Shown in pieces: positions 52,724 to 64,000 of a stretch of 64,000 nucleotides of DNA (within the stretch, counting starts at the first letter, position 1; the number at the start of each line of letters is the position of its first letter). Origin of the DNA: Nitrosopumilus sp. GTDB taxonomy: Archaea; Thermoproteota; Nitrososphaeria; Nitrososphaerales; Nitrosopumilaceae. The DNA lies in the NCBI GenBank assembly GCA_965205425.1, contig CBDBGZ010000009.1:736001-800000 (forward strand). Reading direction: 5' to 3'. The position numbers and the translations under genes were made by a program. The notes under the pieces are model-generated. The model did no database searches. It had not been told where the DNA came from and was given only the letters and a program-made list of their open reading frames with translations.

Positions 52724-53170
52724 TCAGTATCTACCTCCTAGATTTGAAATCCAATCAGGTCTTCTTTCAGATAGTACTTGTTCAGAATCTCTGAGAATTT
52801 GTCTCGTTGATAGTTTTACTCCAAAGAGTAACAATATCATCTGTATTGAATTAGTCGCCATCATCATATCTTGATGTAGAAATGCTATTGCTTCTTTACA
52901 ATTTTCAGTACGTCTAGCATGTTGCTTTTTACAATTAACAATGGTTTTGATTGCACCTATTGTATTTCCATAAACATACTTGTTTACTCCTCTGTAGGAA
53001 TTTCCTAAACTAGACATTACATAATCATAATGTCTGTCAAGTGAATGATTTTCAATGACATAACTTTGTTCCAAATTTTGGAATACAAAGCTGTCATAAT
53101 TTTCAGGAATATTATATTCCTCATTGACGATATGGCCGTCACCCATTTGATAGAAAACTTGTTGTTTCAT
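52724..53170 (-). CDS. Hypothetical protein
   Basis: 148 aa, first gene of the minus-strand operon. Confidence 0.6.
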   Translation of the reverse strand: MKQQVFYQMGDGHIVNEEYNIPENYDSFVFQNLEQSYVIENHSLDRHYDYVMSSLGNSYRGVNKYVYGNTIGAIKTIVNCKKQHARRTENCKEAIAFLHQDMMMATNSIQMILLLFGVKLSTRQILRDSEQVLSERRPDWISNLGGRY

Positions 53171-53315
53171 ACATTATAATACAGATAGTATGATGTAGAT
53201 TCTTATTTGTATAATACAAATATTATTTTTATTATATCTATTATTTACGCCTACGCCATTTTTTGAATTCAGAAAATTGAGACAAAAAAGCATCATTTAG
53301 GATTGTAGGTGGGTT

Positions 53316-54634
53316 CAGTAGATAGGAAAGTGCTCAATTCGGATCAAAAAATAACGATCATTTTCTCAAATTATTCAGATAGAAAAAGCTTGATGTAAGT
53401 ATGTCACTCCATCAAATATGCATTGTACTTCATTTGATACCATGACACACCAAGGTGTAGTACTATCAAAAGCATTTGATATTGTCGCTAAAATAATGTA
53501 CAATATCTTATTGTTTCCGTGTTCTGATAAAAATAACTCACGGTTCCACAATGCAGATGCACACAATTCTGTCATGTCATTGTGTCTTGGAAATTCGTAT
53601 GCAGAATCAGGATTGAAGAGACTGGCAATGGAATCCCAGAATCATTCTCCAACGGGTTTCATGGTTGAGAAAAATCATATCAAAAATATCACAAAAAACA
53701 ATGCAAATTCAATTACATCGTTCACTGGATAGTACCATATCAAAATTACAAGAATTGGGAGTATTGGAGCAACCAGTTACTGTGGCAATTGACAAACATC
53801 TAATCCCAAGATATGACAAATTGCCAAACCATTCTTTAATAAAATCAAAATCTAAAAACAGTACAAACTCTTTTGAGAGTTACTGTACCATGCAGTGCGT
53901 TGAAAAAAGAATCAGGGCTCAATTAGGTTGTTATCCTTTGTATGACAACAAATCAAATGCCGATTTTGTGCGTAAATTACTCTCTGATGGCATCAATAAT
54001 GGAATCAAGATTAAACTATTGCTAGTGGATAGGGAGTTTTTCACAGCTGGAACAATTTCAGAAATAAAACAAAAGAATTTAAAATTTCTAATGCCTGCAA
54101 AAAAGAATTCTCGAATCAAAGATGCCATTTTACAATACGTTAATGGAGATAGAAAGTCAATCTCGCCATACACGATAAAATCATCATCAGGACATGTAGA
54201 ATCATTTAATCTAGTTATTCTGCCAAACAAAAATGCAAGAAAAAAATCAAATATTATTGATCAGTATGCTGTGTTTGCAACAAATATTTCACCAAAAGAA
54301 ATATCTGAAAATATACAGGACATTCCAACTGATTACAAGAAACGTTGGGGAATTGAAACAGGCTATGCATGTGTGGGAAGGTTCAGACCAAAAACCACCA
54401 GTTCAAACCAATCCATAAGATTGTTGTATTTTTACTATTCATTGATTTTGTACAATGCATGGATAATTGCTAATTTGATTATCTCAGAAGAAACTAATGT
54501 ACAAAATCACAAACCAATAATATCAATTGAAATTCTCAAATATTTCTTTGTAAAGATAATTATTCATTACTTTAGAAATAACAAAAATAATTATTTCCTA
54601 GAATGTGTAATTTGATGTACTTTCCCATCTACTG
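53316..54634 (+). mobile_element. ISH3-family IS (1319 bp) with frameshifted transposase
   Basis: TIR CAGTAGAT(A/G)GGAAAGT; 5-bp TSD GGGTT at 53311-53315 and 54635-54639; ORFs 53418-53732 and 53665-54615 (AIDKH, VDREF, YKKRWGIETGY). Confidence 0.9.
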
Positions 54635-54701
54635 GGGTTTTTCAATACTTTTAGTCCACGTGGAGTTATTTTATAAAATCCAGGTTTTGGATACTCGATT
54701 A

Positions 54702-55847
54702 TAGTTAAGGCATTAAATATTTGAATATTTTAACAACTCGAACGTCTCCATTATCTAGTCTCTTCTGCATGTGTTTTCTCATCTCAGTTCCATTTGCAAA
54801 GAATGTATTGGCATTACCATTTTTCTCTTCTCTCCACTGTACCTCAATTGGATTGAGTTCTGGGGTGTATGCAGGAAAATATCTTATGATTACATTTCTT
54901 TTTGATTTCTTGAGAAATTCTTTTACTCTGACACTTTTGTGGTATGATGCATTGTCTGCAAATAATAACAGTTTCTTGCCAAATTGTTTCTGCAGTGATT
55001 CTAAAAAATCAAGAAATGAGTCTGTGTTTGATTTATCATAGAACCTACAAAAAAATACGCCGTCATCCCCCAATGCACCAAATGATTGAAATTTTTCTCG
55101 AGTGTAATTAATTGGTGTGGTAATGTTATTGCCTGCAAGATACCATCCGCGCTTTATGTTAGGTGCTATCTTGTTTGTTGACTCATCCAGACATAGTGTG
55201 GTGTATCCCAATTTGGAATATTTTTTGATACTCCTTTTTGCGTTTTTTTAAAACGGGTTTGTTCCTCTTTTGAGGCTGATTTGTGATGTGTGGGACGTGG
55301 TTTTTTTGATGAGAATCCAATTCTGTGCAGCAATTCACGCATTCCTCTTGCAGAGTATAGGGTGTTGTATTTTTTATTCACATGTGTAATTACCATTCTT
55401 GTACTCCACATGAATTGGTTAAATCCAAACTTTTCTGGACCTGAAATTAGATCATTTCTTAATGATACTAGCTGTTTTTCATTTAGAAAACATCTAGAAC
55501 CAGAATATTTCTTGCGGTGTGATGCAGATATTCCCTCTTCATCCATTCGATTTAGCCAGTAGGACAGAGTTGATGGTATGACATCCAGACTTGCACATAT
55601 CACAGAATACGGAATATTTTGTTTTCTTAGTATTGCAGCCTTTAATCTTATCTTTGCTTTTGCATTTTTTTCATTCTTGCATACTTTTCTTAAAAAATTA
55701 ATGCTTGTACCTTTCATGAATTGATTTCCAGAGGAAACCTTGGATTGTCTTGTACTCTTTGACATGGTTTCATGAATTGATTCTACGATCTAGATCTTTT
55801 GAGTTAAAATACTTGACAGTTTATTCAAAATTTATATGCCTAAACTA
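54702..55847 (-). mobile_element. IS630-family IS with two overlapping ORFs
   Basis: About 26-bp imperfect TIR TAGTT(A/T)AGGCAT; TA TSD; HTH ORF 55166-55765 and DDE ORF 54705-55211 (LDES, DNASYH, YTPELNPIE); slippery TTTAAAAAAA near 55244-55254. Confidence 0.92.
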
Positions 55848-56105
55848 TAGTTTAGCATATTTTAGAATAGTTCTTGACCATCTCACTCGATGTAGAAACA
55901 ATCGTTCTCCTCCTGATTTTTTAATTCTAGTTTTTTCAGAATTAGTAAGTTTAAACTTTTTAGCAAGAACTTTTTCGATATCTAAAACAGAATGTTCTTT
56001 TCCATCTTTTGCTGATTTCAATAATGGAAGTCTTATTAGAGATTCAGCCGGATATGCTATGAACACAATACACATATGTAAGTTAAATCATTTTCTTGTA
56101 GATAA

Positions 56106-57527
56106 TTGAAAAATATAAAATCTAAATTACTATATGGTGACAAAATATCAAATTCTGATACTGACCCAAAAATCTATTCAACAATCTATGCTATGCATAA
56201 ATACTGGGCAAAAAAACCTCACAATCTAATTAATGAATATATTAAAAAATTTTCCAAGAAAAATGATATTGTATTAGATCCATTCTCAGGATCTGGAATT
56301 TCATTAATTGAATCATATAATTCAAAAAGAAAAGCAATTGGGATTGATATTAATCCCACAGCTTTTGCAATTACTAAAGGAATCTTAACTCCAGTAGATA
56401 TTGAAAAGTTTGAAAATGAATTTTCAAAAATTGAAAATCAATGTAAAGAAAAAATAAATTTATTTTATAAAATTAAAAGAAATAAAAAAACATATGTTGC
56501 TACACATTTTGTTTGGATAGATGGAAAACTAAATGAAATAAGATACAAAAATGGAAAAATGGTAAAATTAAAACCAACTCTATCTGATGTTCAATTAGCA
56601 AAATCATTTACATATGCAAAAATAAAACATTTCTATCCAAAAGACAAACTATTTGATAATCCTAGAATAAACGCTAATTCAAAATCTAGAGTTTGTGACC
56701 TTTTTACCCCTAGAAATACGACTGCACTAGCGATTTTACTTGATAAAATCAATAAAATTCGTGACAAAAATATTCGTGACATATTTCGATTATGTTTTTC
56801 ATCTATGTTGGGTCAAACTAGCAAAATGGTATTTGCAATAAATAATTCTATAATTAATGGTGAAAAAAAGAAATTAAGTACACGCAAGGTAGGAAGTTGG
56901 ATAATTGGATATTGGGTTCCAAATGAACATTTTGAATTGAATGTTTGGAATTGTTTTGTAACACGATATATGAAAATACTTTCAGCAAAAAAAATACAAC
57001 AAGAAAAATTTGGAAAACCTGAATTTGCAACAAATTTTAAAAAATTGAAAAAAACAGATATTTTTTTAATAAATAAATCTGCCATTCAAGGATTAAAGAA
57101 AATTCCTAACAATTCTATTGATTATATTATTACTGATCCACCTCATGGAGATAGAATTCCATATTTGGAATTAAGTCAGATGTGGAATAGTTGGTTAAAA
57201 AATAAAGTAAATTACAAAAATGAAATTATTATTAGTAATTCAAAAAGTAGGAATAAAAATATTGAAAACTATCTAAAATTATTAGAAGATACAGTATCAG
57301 AAATGATTAGAGTATTGAAACCCAATAAACGATTAACATTCATTTTCAATACTCATAGTGAAAGAACATGGCAAGAAATTTTTAAATTCACAAAAGATAT
57401 TGGTTTGAAAATAGATGATATTTCAACAATGAACTATTCTCGTAATTCTGTTGTTCAAGAGCATAAAGAAAATGGATTACGTTTTGATTTTGTATTGACA
57501 TTTAAAAAATTACAAAAAACGAATTAA
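56106..57527 (+). CDS. Amino (N6A/N4C) DNA methyltransferase
   Basis: HKYWAKKP, N-terminal LDPFSGSG SAM motif, C-terminal IITDPPH catalytic-like motif. Confidence 0.85.
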   Translation: MKNIKSKLLYGDKISNSDTDPKIYSTIYAMHKYWAKKPHNLINEYIKKFSKKNDIVLDPFSGSGISLIESYNSKRKAIGIDINPTAFAITKGILTPVDIEKFENEFSKIENQCKEKINLFYKIKRNKKTYVATHFVWIDGKLNEIRYKNGKMVKLKPTLSDVQLAKSFTYAKIKHFYPKDKLFDNPRINANSKSRVCDLFTPRNTTALAILLDKINKIRDKNIRDIFRLCFSSMLGQTSKMVFAINNSIINGEKKKLSTRKVGSWIIGYWVPNEHFELNVWNCFVTRYMKILSAKKIQQEKFGKPEFATNFKKLKKTDIFLINKSAIQGLKKIPNNSIDYIITDPPHGDRIPYLELSQMWNSWLKNKVNYKNEIIISNSKSRNKNIENYLKLLEDTVSEMIRVLKPNKRLTFIFNTHSERTWQEIFKFTKDIGLKIDDISTMNYSRNSVVQEHKENGLRFDFVLTFKKLQKTN

Positions 57528-59001
57528 TTTTTGAATTTATTTTTTAACCAATTGATTTCTATATCTCTATTATGAATATACTCTGGATTTTGTTGAACAC
57601 CCAAAATGAAGCGTTTTTCAGCTAATAGAAAACGAATAAAATGATATATGTAGTTTATTTTTCCAATTTCTTTTCTTGATGAAAATATACGATTTCCATT
57701 TTTTGTTAATAGTTCATTAGGATTTTCAGAAACACAGTCTATGTTTTTTTTGAAAAAGGCTTCATCACATCTTTGAATAATAAAATTTTTAATTTCAGGT
57801 TCAAGATTGTTATTTTCCATATGTTTCCTTAGAAGGGGAGGAACAAAGTAAAGATCATTTTCTATCCATCTTGTAAAAGTTCTTGTAAAACCAGGTTGTA
57901 TTGTAATCCAAGTTAAACTATCCATTGATGAAATTTCATCTATATTTTTTACACAAAATCTACATACTTGATTATACATATACAAAAATAATTTTTTAAA
58001 TTGTTTCTGATTAATCAGTTTAAGTCTTGATGTACCTAAATACAGTAAATGCATAGATTGTGATAAAAACATACCTAAAAGATCTGCTGGTTCTGCCTCT
58101 TCCATATGTTGAACGTGCGTTTCTAATTCAGATTCTCCTACAATTTTGTATATTTGAAAGAAATACAGTTTATTTTCTTGAAAATTTGTTTTATCAAGAC
58201 GTTTTGAAAATTCCCATTCAAAAGTTCTTTCTTTGTCATTTAAACATGGAATAGAAACTGTAATTATATTATTTTTAATTGAGATTAATCTTCCTATAGC
58301 TGTTCTAATTCCTACAAATGTTTCATCTTTTGTTTTTGAATCTAAATAAATTCTTTTAAAATTAATTGGAGAATTATGAGACATTATTGTTTTTCCATCA
58401 TCAAAAAGATAGTAAGCATATTTCCAATCGTATAAACTATCATACCATTTTTTTTCTACTAATTTTGAATTACGATCATGGTTTGGATGAATTTCATTTG
58501 GAAGATCTATACCACATTTTTCAGAAAACTCTAAGACTTTAGAATCATCACCTGTATTGATTAATTCTAAAATCTGCTCCCAAGCAATTAATGAGCTACT
58601 TTTTTTGTAGGATTTTCTTTATTTGGTTCTTGTAACCAAACATCTAATGAAATAAAATTCTCTAATTCTGGGCAAAGTCCATGATACACTAACAGATTTG
58701 TTTCTTGGCCACCCCAATTTTGAATTACTACCTTGCCTCCAGGAACTTTTTCTTTGTTAAGAATCTCTAATGTGATTGGAAATCTATGAAAATCCAACCA
58801 ACCCCGTCTACTGTTATCAGTGACACCAGCAAAGATTTTACTCATTTTTAATCTCTCAAAATTATTTAGATCTCTTGGTAATGTAGTTAAGAATTGATAT
58901 TCACCATCAATTTCATCTAAAATTTTTTTGATTTTTTCTCCAGAGAGTTTTTTTGCATCAAAATCTTTTTTAATTTTATTAACAGCCTCTTTTAGATTCA
59001 T
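57524..59001 (-). pseudogene. Unknown protein of about 490 aa split by a -1 frameshift
   Basis: ORF 58588-59001 stops just after an A7 run (58600-58606); the -1 frame is open from there into ORF 57524-58384. Confidence 0.7.
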
Positions 59002-61410
59002 GATTCACCTCTTGTATCAATTTTAGGTCGTTCTTTAATTCCTGAAATTGATGTATTATTGTAATTCCAATAATCATCAAATGTTTTTACATCTTCATCA
59101 ACTGTGTTTTTTGCTGAATGTATTTCGATTATTGTTTCATTATTAGCAGTACCAAAATTTTGATAATCAAATAGAAATCGTAGTCCTTTATCTAATCTAA
59201 TAGATTTTTGTTTATCTATAACAACAAATCTTCTATGAATAGGATTATCATATCCTTGCTCATCAAATGAAACAATTTGAATATTATATCCTGAAGAATT
59301 AAAGAACGATTGATCTCTAATTATTGAAGCATGATCATGTCCACAAGTAACAATTTGAATAACCACATTTTTGTTTAAATGTCTACAAAGATAACTAATA
59401 TAGAAACGCAAATTTTCATTTCCTCTAGGATTTCTCATATGCCCATCAAAAATTTTTATTTCATAATTTGCAGAATCTAGAATTTTATTAAAAACATTTA
59501 CTGCATCTTTTAAACTGTCTCGATCTCTTCTTTTTATTCTATAATTTTCAATTTTTTCTAAATTGGTAAGATCATTTAGATTAATTGTTTGCGAATTTGC
59601 TTCAATCTCTTCAATTTTTTTTAATGATTCCTTAATTGGTTGATCAGCAGATGTATAATGTATTGTTGATACTTCGTTCCATAATTTTTCAGTTAGTGCA
59701 CCAGAAATTTCTAAAACTTTTCTTGTTTCATTATATGGATCTACTATGAGAAGTGTATCTCCTAATTCGTCTTTTTTGGCTTCGAAATAATCATGTTTTA
59801 AAACTAAAACATCTACTCCAGCCTCAATCAATTTTCTTAGAATAGAATGATTAGTTAAATTGAGTTGTTTTAGGTAAACAGTAATTGAAACACTTTTTTC
59901 TCCAGTTCTAATTGATCCAAGAATATCTGCCCATTCTTTCAAACCTTCATCATTAAAATCAATTTGATTTGTAGAGATTAAAGGAGTAAAAATCACAATT
60001 TTCTTTTTAGCTGAACGAAGATTATTTTTGATTTCTATAACATTTTCTTTGTTTCCAGGTAAAGAAAGATTTTTTTTAAATTCGTCTTTAGATTTAATGT
60101 TCAGCTTTTTTTTTGAATCTTGATCCGGAACAACTAAGTTTGAACATTCTTGTAATAGTGGTAAAATTAACTGTTTGTCAATTAATTTAATATCACGTTT
60201 ATTTCGATATGACCACAAACATCTCAAACAACCATGATCACAATTTTCATGATATGTTTCATATTCATCTTCAACAATTCTATTTGCTCTACGTAATACT
60301 TCTTCAAATCTATCAAAAATTACATCAACATAGCCAGCACCACCATCAACATTATCGTATAGAATAATTTCACCATCTTTCACAATTCCAGAAATTTCTC
60401 CTTCACCTGACTCACAAATAGATTGTCCCGCAAAAATTATGGCATTTTTTAGAGTCGTTAAGAATGTTAAAGATGGATTCTTTGTCTGATTTTCTTTTAT
60501 TTTCTCATTTATTTTAATGGAAATTACATTTGTAGGCATTTCATGATGTAATGCTAAGTTTGTCCAAGAACCTGTACAACGTTGTTTTTTTCGATTGAAT
60601 TTTTGATTTAGTGGATAATGTGGTTTTTCAGCTTTTCTTTTTTTCTTATTAGGTTTTTTTGCTCTACCACACTTGCTACATATTTGCAATGTTGTTTCTT
60701 TTCTTTGATCAATTTCATCAGGATCTGCATAATCAGTATATACATCATTTACGATTAGTAACAGACGAATATTTCCATAATTTTTAAGGTCAAATGAGTA
60801 ATTTCCAACTTCAAATCTTGGTTTTTCTTCAGGATTTACTTCAGGTAGAAATATGTTAAATTGTGCTTCTCTATAGTCACTACTTTCACTAAGTGATTTT
60901 TGGGTTTTTTGAATAAAGATCTTTTTTGGTGAAATAGAACTGATTGAATCAGGAGTATGCATTATTTTTTTACATAATGGACATTCTTTTCCTGTTAGTG
61001 ATTGAGTGCTATAGAATTTTAAGCAATTATTACAAATGTAGAAAAAGTTTCTATCTGGATTAGTTAGATCTATTCCTATAGATTGATATTTTTTCTTTCG
61101 ATAAATGATTTCACAATTTGGTGCAAATTCTACAATAGCTAATTGTCTAGAACGACCACCATGCATTTGATTACCTTCCATATCCTCAATTGAAACAGAT
61201 AATCCTGGAAATGCAAATCTTGGAAGGAAATTAACATCAAATAGATGATTTTCTAAAGGTTTTCTCTCTAAACTCTTACGTTTTTCCCATAATTGGTTGA
61301 GTTTGTTCGAGTCATAGAAATCAGCTTGATCACCTTTTGTTGCAAAATCATTTATTCCATCTTTACAAGCTTGTAATTCTTGAATGAATACATCTAATGA
61401 ATCATTAAAT

Positions 61411-62821
61411 GTAACTGTCTAGAGTTTTGAAGTACTTTCTTTAATATTTTTTATCTATATCTTTTCTGATCAGTGACAAATTACAATATACAATTGTCAG
61501 TATATGATGAGCTGGAATATTATCGTAACAGATGTCACTCGTTGGAGCAAGAAAACCGTCAGTTACGCAAAGATATTGAATCACTACACAGAGAAATTGC
61601 AGAACTAAAACAAACAGTGTCTACACTTGTTGCAAGAAATATCAAAGCAAAACCAAACCAGACTGAAACTGCAAAAAAGAAGAAAACATCAAGACATCCT
61701 AGAAAAAGCAGAAGCAGACGGGCACACATTGATGATGCCATTACAGTTGACCAAAAAGAGTGCAACACATGTGGCAAATCACTCTCAGAACCAACTGATT
61801 CATACACCAGAATAGTAGAAGACATCATTCCTGCAAAAGCAGTTGTGACAAAATATACGATAGTTAGACGATACTGCACAAACTGCAAAAAACAAATCTC
61901 GGGTAACATTCACACTGTACTGTCAAATGAAAGGTTTGGAATTAGGCTCATGGTGCTAATCACATCACTAAAAACTATCGGATTATCGTATGGTAAAATA
62001 TCTCATCTTTTGCAGATGCTCTTCTCACTGCACATTACAGAATCTGCAATTAATCATGCAGTATCAATAGTATCAAAAGCATTTGGGAGCAGATATGATA
62101 CAATGATTGTAGAGTTAAAAGAAGATCTAAACATACATGGTGATGAGACAAGTTGGAGGATAGATGGCCAGAACCACTGGTTGTGGGCATTTGTGAGTAA
62201 ATGGACTGTAATTTACGAGATTGACAAATCACGTTCAATGGATGTTCCCAAGAGAATTCTCAAGGAGTATAATGGCAACATTACAAGTGATTCGTACCCT
62301 GCATGGAACCATGTTGGAACAACTCACCAGAAATGTCACATCCATTATCTCAGAGAGGTTAATGATACCATTAATCACAAGAATCCCGGACCAGAATTTG
62401 CACCATTTGCCAAGAATCTCAAGAAAATAATTTATGACTCTCATGGTGTGGCAAAAATAAAATCAGAATCAGAAAGAATCCATGCAAAAAAGAATCTTGA
62501 AAGGAGAATTAATCACATCATATCAAAAAAATACACAGAGAAAAACTGTATCAGGTTTGTAAAAAGATTGAAACGTGAGAGAAAAATGCTTTTTACATTC
62601 CTAATTACTGGAACTGATTCACACAATAACACAGCAGAGAGGGCAATCAGACCAAATGTGATAATTCGTAAAATTACAAACGGTCATAGAACCATTCATG
62701 GTGCCGATTCTCATAAGATACTGATGAGTATAAAGGAGACATGCAGATTACGAGGATTAAACTTTCATGATTATTCTTTAGAATATCTTGGAGATTTTAC
62801 TTCAAAACTCTAGACAGTTAC
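61411..62821 (+). mobile_element. IS66-family (single-ORF, ISBst12-like) IS, 1411 bp
   Basis: Perfect 24-bp TIR GTAACTGTCTAGAGTTTTGAAGTA; 8-bp TSD CATTAAAT at 61403-61410 and 62822-62829. Confidence 0.95.
61473..62813 (+). CDS. IS66 transposase
   Basis: Coiled coil, CxxC Zn finger, HGDETSW, SDSY, QKCHIH, NNTAERAIR. Confidence 0.93.
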   Translation: MTNYNIQLSVYDELEYYRNRCHSLEQENRQLRKDIESLHREIAELKQTVSTLVARNIKAKPNQTETAKKKKTSRHPRKSRSRRAHIDDAITVDQKECNTCGKSLSEPTDSYTRIVEDIIPAKAVVTKYTIVRRYCTNCKKQISGNIHTVLSNERFGIRLMVLITSLKTIGLSYGKISHLLQMLFSLHITESAINHAVSIVSKAFGSRYDTMIVELKEDLNIHGDETSWRIDGQNHWLWAFVSKWTVIYEIDKSRSMDVPKRILKEYNGNITSDSYPAWNHVGTTHQKCHIHYLREVNDTINHKNPGPEFAPFAKNLKKIIYDSHGVAKIKSESERIHAKKNLERRINHIISKKYTEKNCIRFVKRLKRERKMLFTFLITGTDSHNNTAERAIRPNVIIRKITNGHRTIHGADSHKILMSIKETCRLRGLNFHDYSLEYLGDFTSKL

Positions 62822-64000
62822 CATTAAATTCATTTTCAAAACTTTCTAATTTCTCATCAATATAGTTTGTGATATTTACATCATTAGGAAGATCTAATCC
62901 TGCTAAGACATTTCTAATACTACTAGTAATAGGATCTTTATTTTTCTGTATTTGTAATTCTATTTTTGCAATATTTTCTTCTCGTTCAGATAAAAATTCT
63001 ATTACAGATTTAGAAAGAATTTCTTTTGTTTCTGAAAAAACTAATTGTTCTATGATCAATGAATTAAGATGTCTGCTGATAAGTTCATTATTTTCAATTT
63101 TTATTGGTGGAGGATTAAAATGTCCTTTAATCAAATCTTGTGGATTTCTATAATGAAATTCATCGATTGGACTATTAAAGAAAAAAGTATTGATAAATGA
63201 AACACCGCTTCTTCTTCCTGCTCTACCAACTCTTTGTAGATAACTTGCAGGAGATGGAGGAGATTTGTAAAGACAAACTGTCGATAAATCCCCTATATCT
63301 ACACCTAATTCTAGAGTTGGGGTTGCAACAATAACATCAATTTTACGCTCATCTTGAGCATATGGCATAAACTGTACTTGTATTCTGTTTTTTTCTTCTT
63401 CAGGAATTGCTGCTGTATGTTCACGTACACTCATTCTTGACGGAGCAGTATCTTTGAATTGTTTGAAGAAATGATTATCCCCAACTTCTTCACAAAAATC
63501 TTCAAACGTTTTTTCATTAGTTTTTCCAGGACATATCTTTTGACGTGTATAATTCCTACATTGATTATGAGGAAGATTCATGTAATTATTTTTACATTCA
63601 GGACATTTCTGAATATGATTAGGAGTGGATACTAGTAATTTTGAAGTTGAAACCATAAAAGCAGTTTTAGGCTCTGCAAATCTGAATTTTTTTAATCCTC
63701 TAGGAATAATATATCCTCTTTTTTCCATAAAATTCCAAACTGTTTCTAAAATGAAACTTATATCATCATCATCATTTAATTCAAAAACTTTCTGAGTGTA
63801 TTTGATGTATTTGTTTTTATTTCTAATTATATTATGAATTTTTACTCCATCTTCAATTTTCTTTGAAGTACCAGAAACATCTCTCTCAAATCCATGAGCA
63901 TATGTTTTGCTCTCACCTCGTCGATCTTCTAATCCTTCTATTGCTTGTTCTGTTCTTATCATATTAAGAATTGTTGTAATGAATTTGTTAAACTCTTGAG

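Larger units (their letters stand above)
53241..56075 (-). pseudogene. Stand-alone Mrr N-terminal (wHTH) domain protein interrupted by IS630 and ISH3
   Basis: Removing both IS gives AYPAESLIRLPLLKSAKDGKEH...RVRWSRTILKYAKLIEYPKPGFYKITPRGLKVLKNPPTILNDAFLSQFSEFKKWRRRK*. Confidence 0.85.
58998..64000 (-). pseudogene. Large SF2 helicase with DUF1998 Zn domain and PLD-like C-terminal domains, interrupted by IS66; 5' end outside window
   Basis: EHTAA, ATPTLELGVDIG, YLQRVGRAGRR; LPRFAFP after rejoining; LYDNVDGGAGY...CDHGCLRCL; IHRRFVVID. Confidence 0.88.

Overview
AT-rich archaeal chromosome segment whose gene content points to an ammonia-oxidising thaumarchaeote (Nitrosopumilus-like): PolD DP1/DP2, Orc1/Cdc6, GINS, thermosome, TFB, an ESCRT-III/CdvB paralog, GGGP synthase and a CFI-box-CTERM protein. 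There are three zones. (1) About 1.2-5.5 kb is a decayed IS cluster around tRNA-Pro(GGG). It contains an IS5/ISL2-like element split by an IS903-like IS and a 132-bp MITE, ISH3 and IS1595 remnants, and an SQR-like gene broken at a second MITE copy. (2) About 5.5-50.6 kb is core genome. It includes the probable replication origin (ORB-like boxes upstream of cdc6, between the two PolD subunit genes), flanked by uncharacterised DNA-binding genes and dense GTGAT and TTAAC motif arrays, plus an unannotated ~95-nt structured ncRNA candidate at 39.4 kb. (3) From 50.6 kb to the end is an integrase-led island. It carries three tandem CxxC microproteins, a stand-alone Mrr-N gene hit by two IS, a DNA methyltransferase, a frameshifted unknown gene and a large DUF1998 helicase fused to PLD-like domains and split by IS66, i.e. 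a decaying DISARM/Druantia-like defence locus. All product calls come from motif recognition by eye; no database searches were run.
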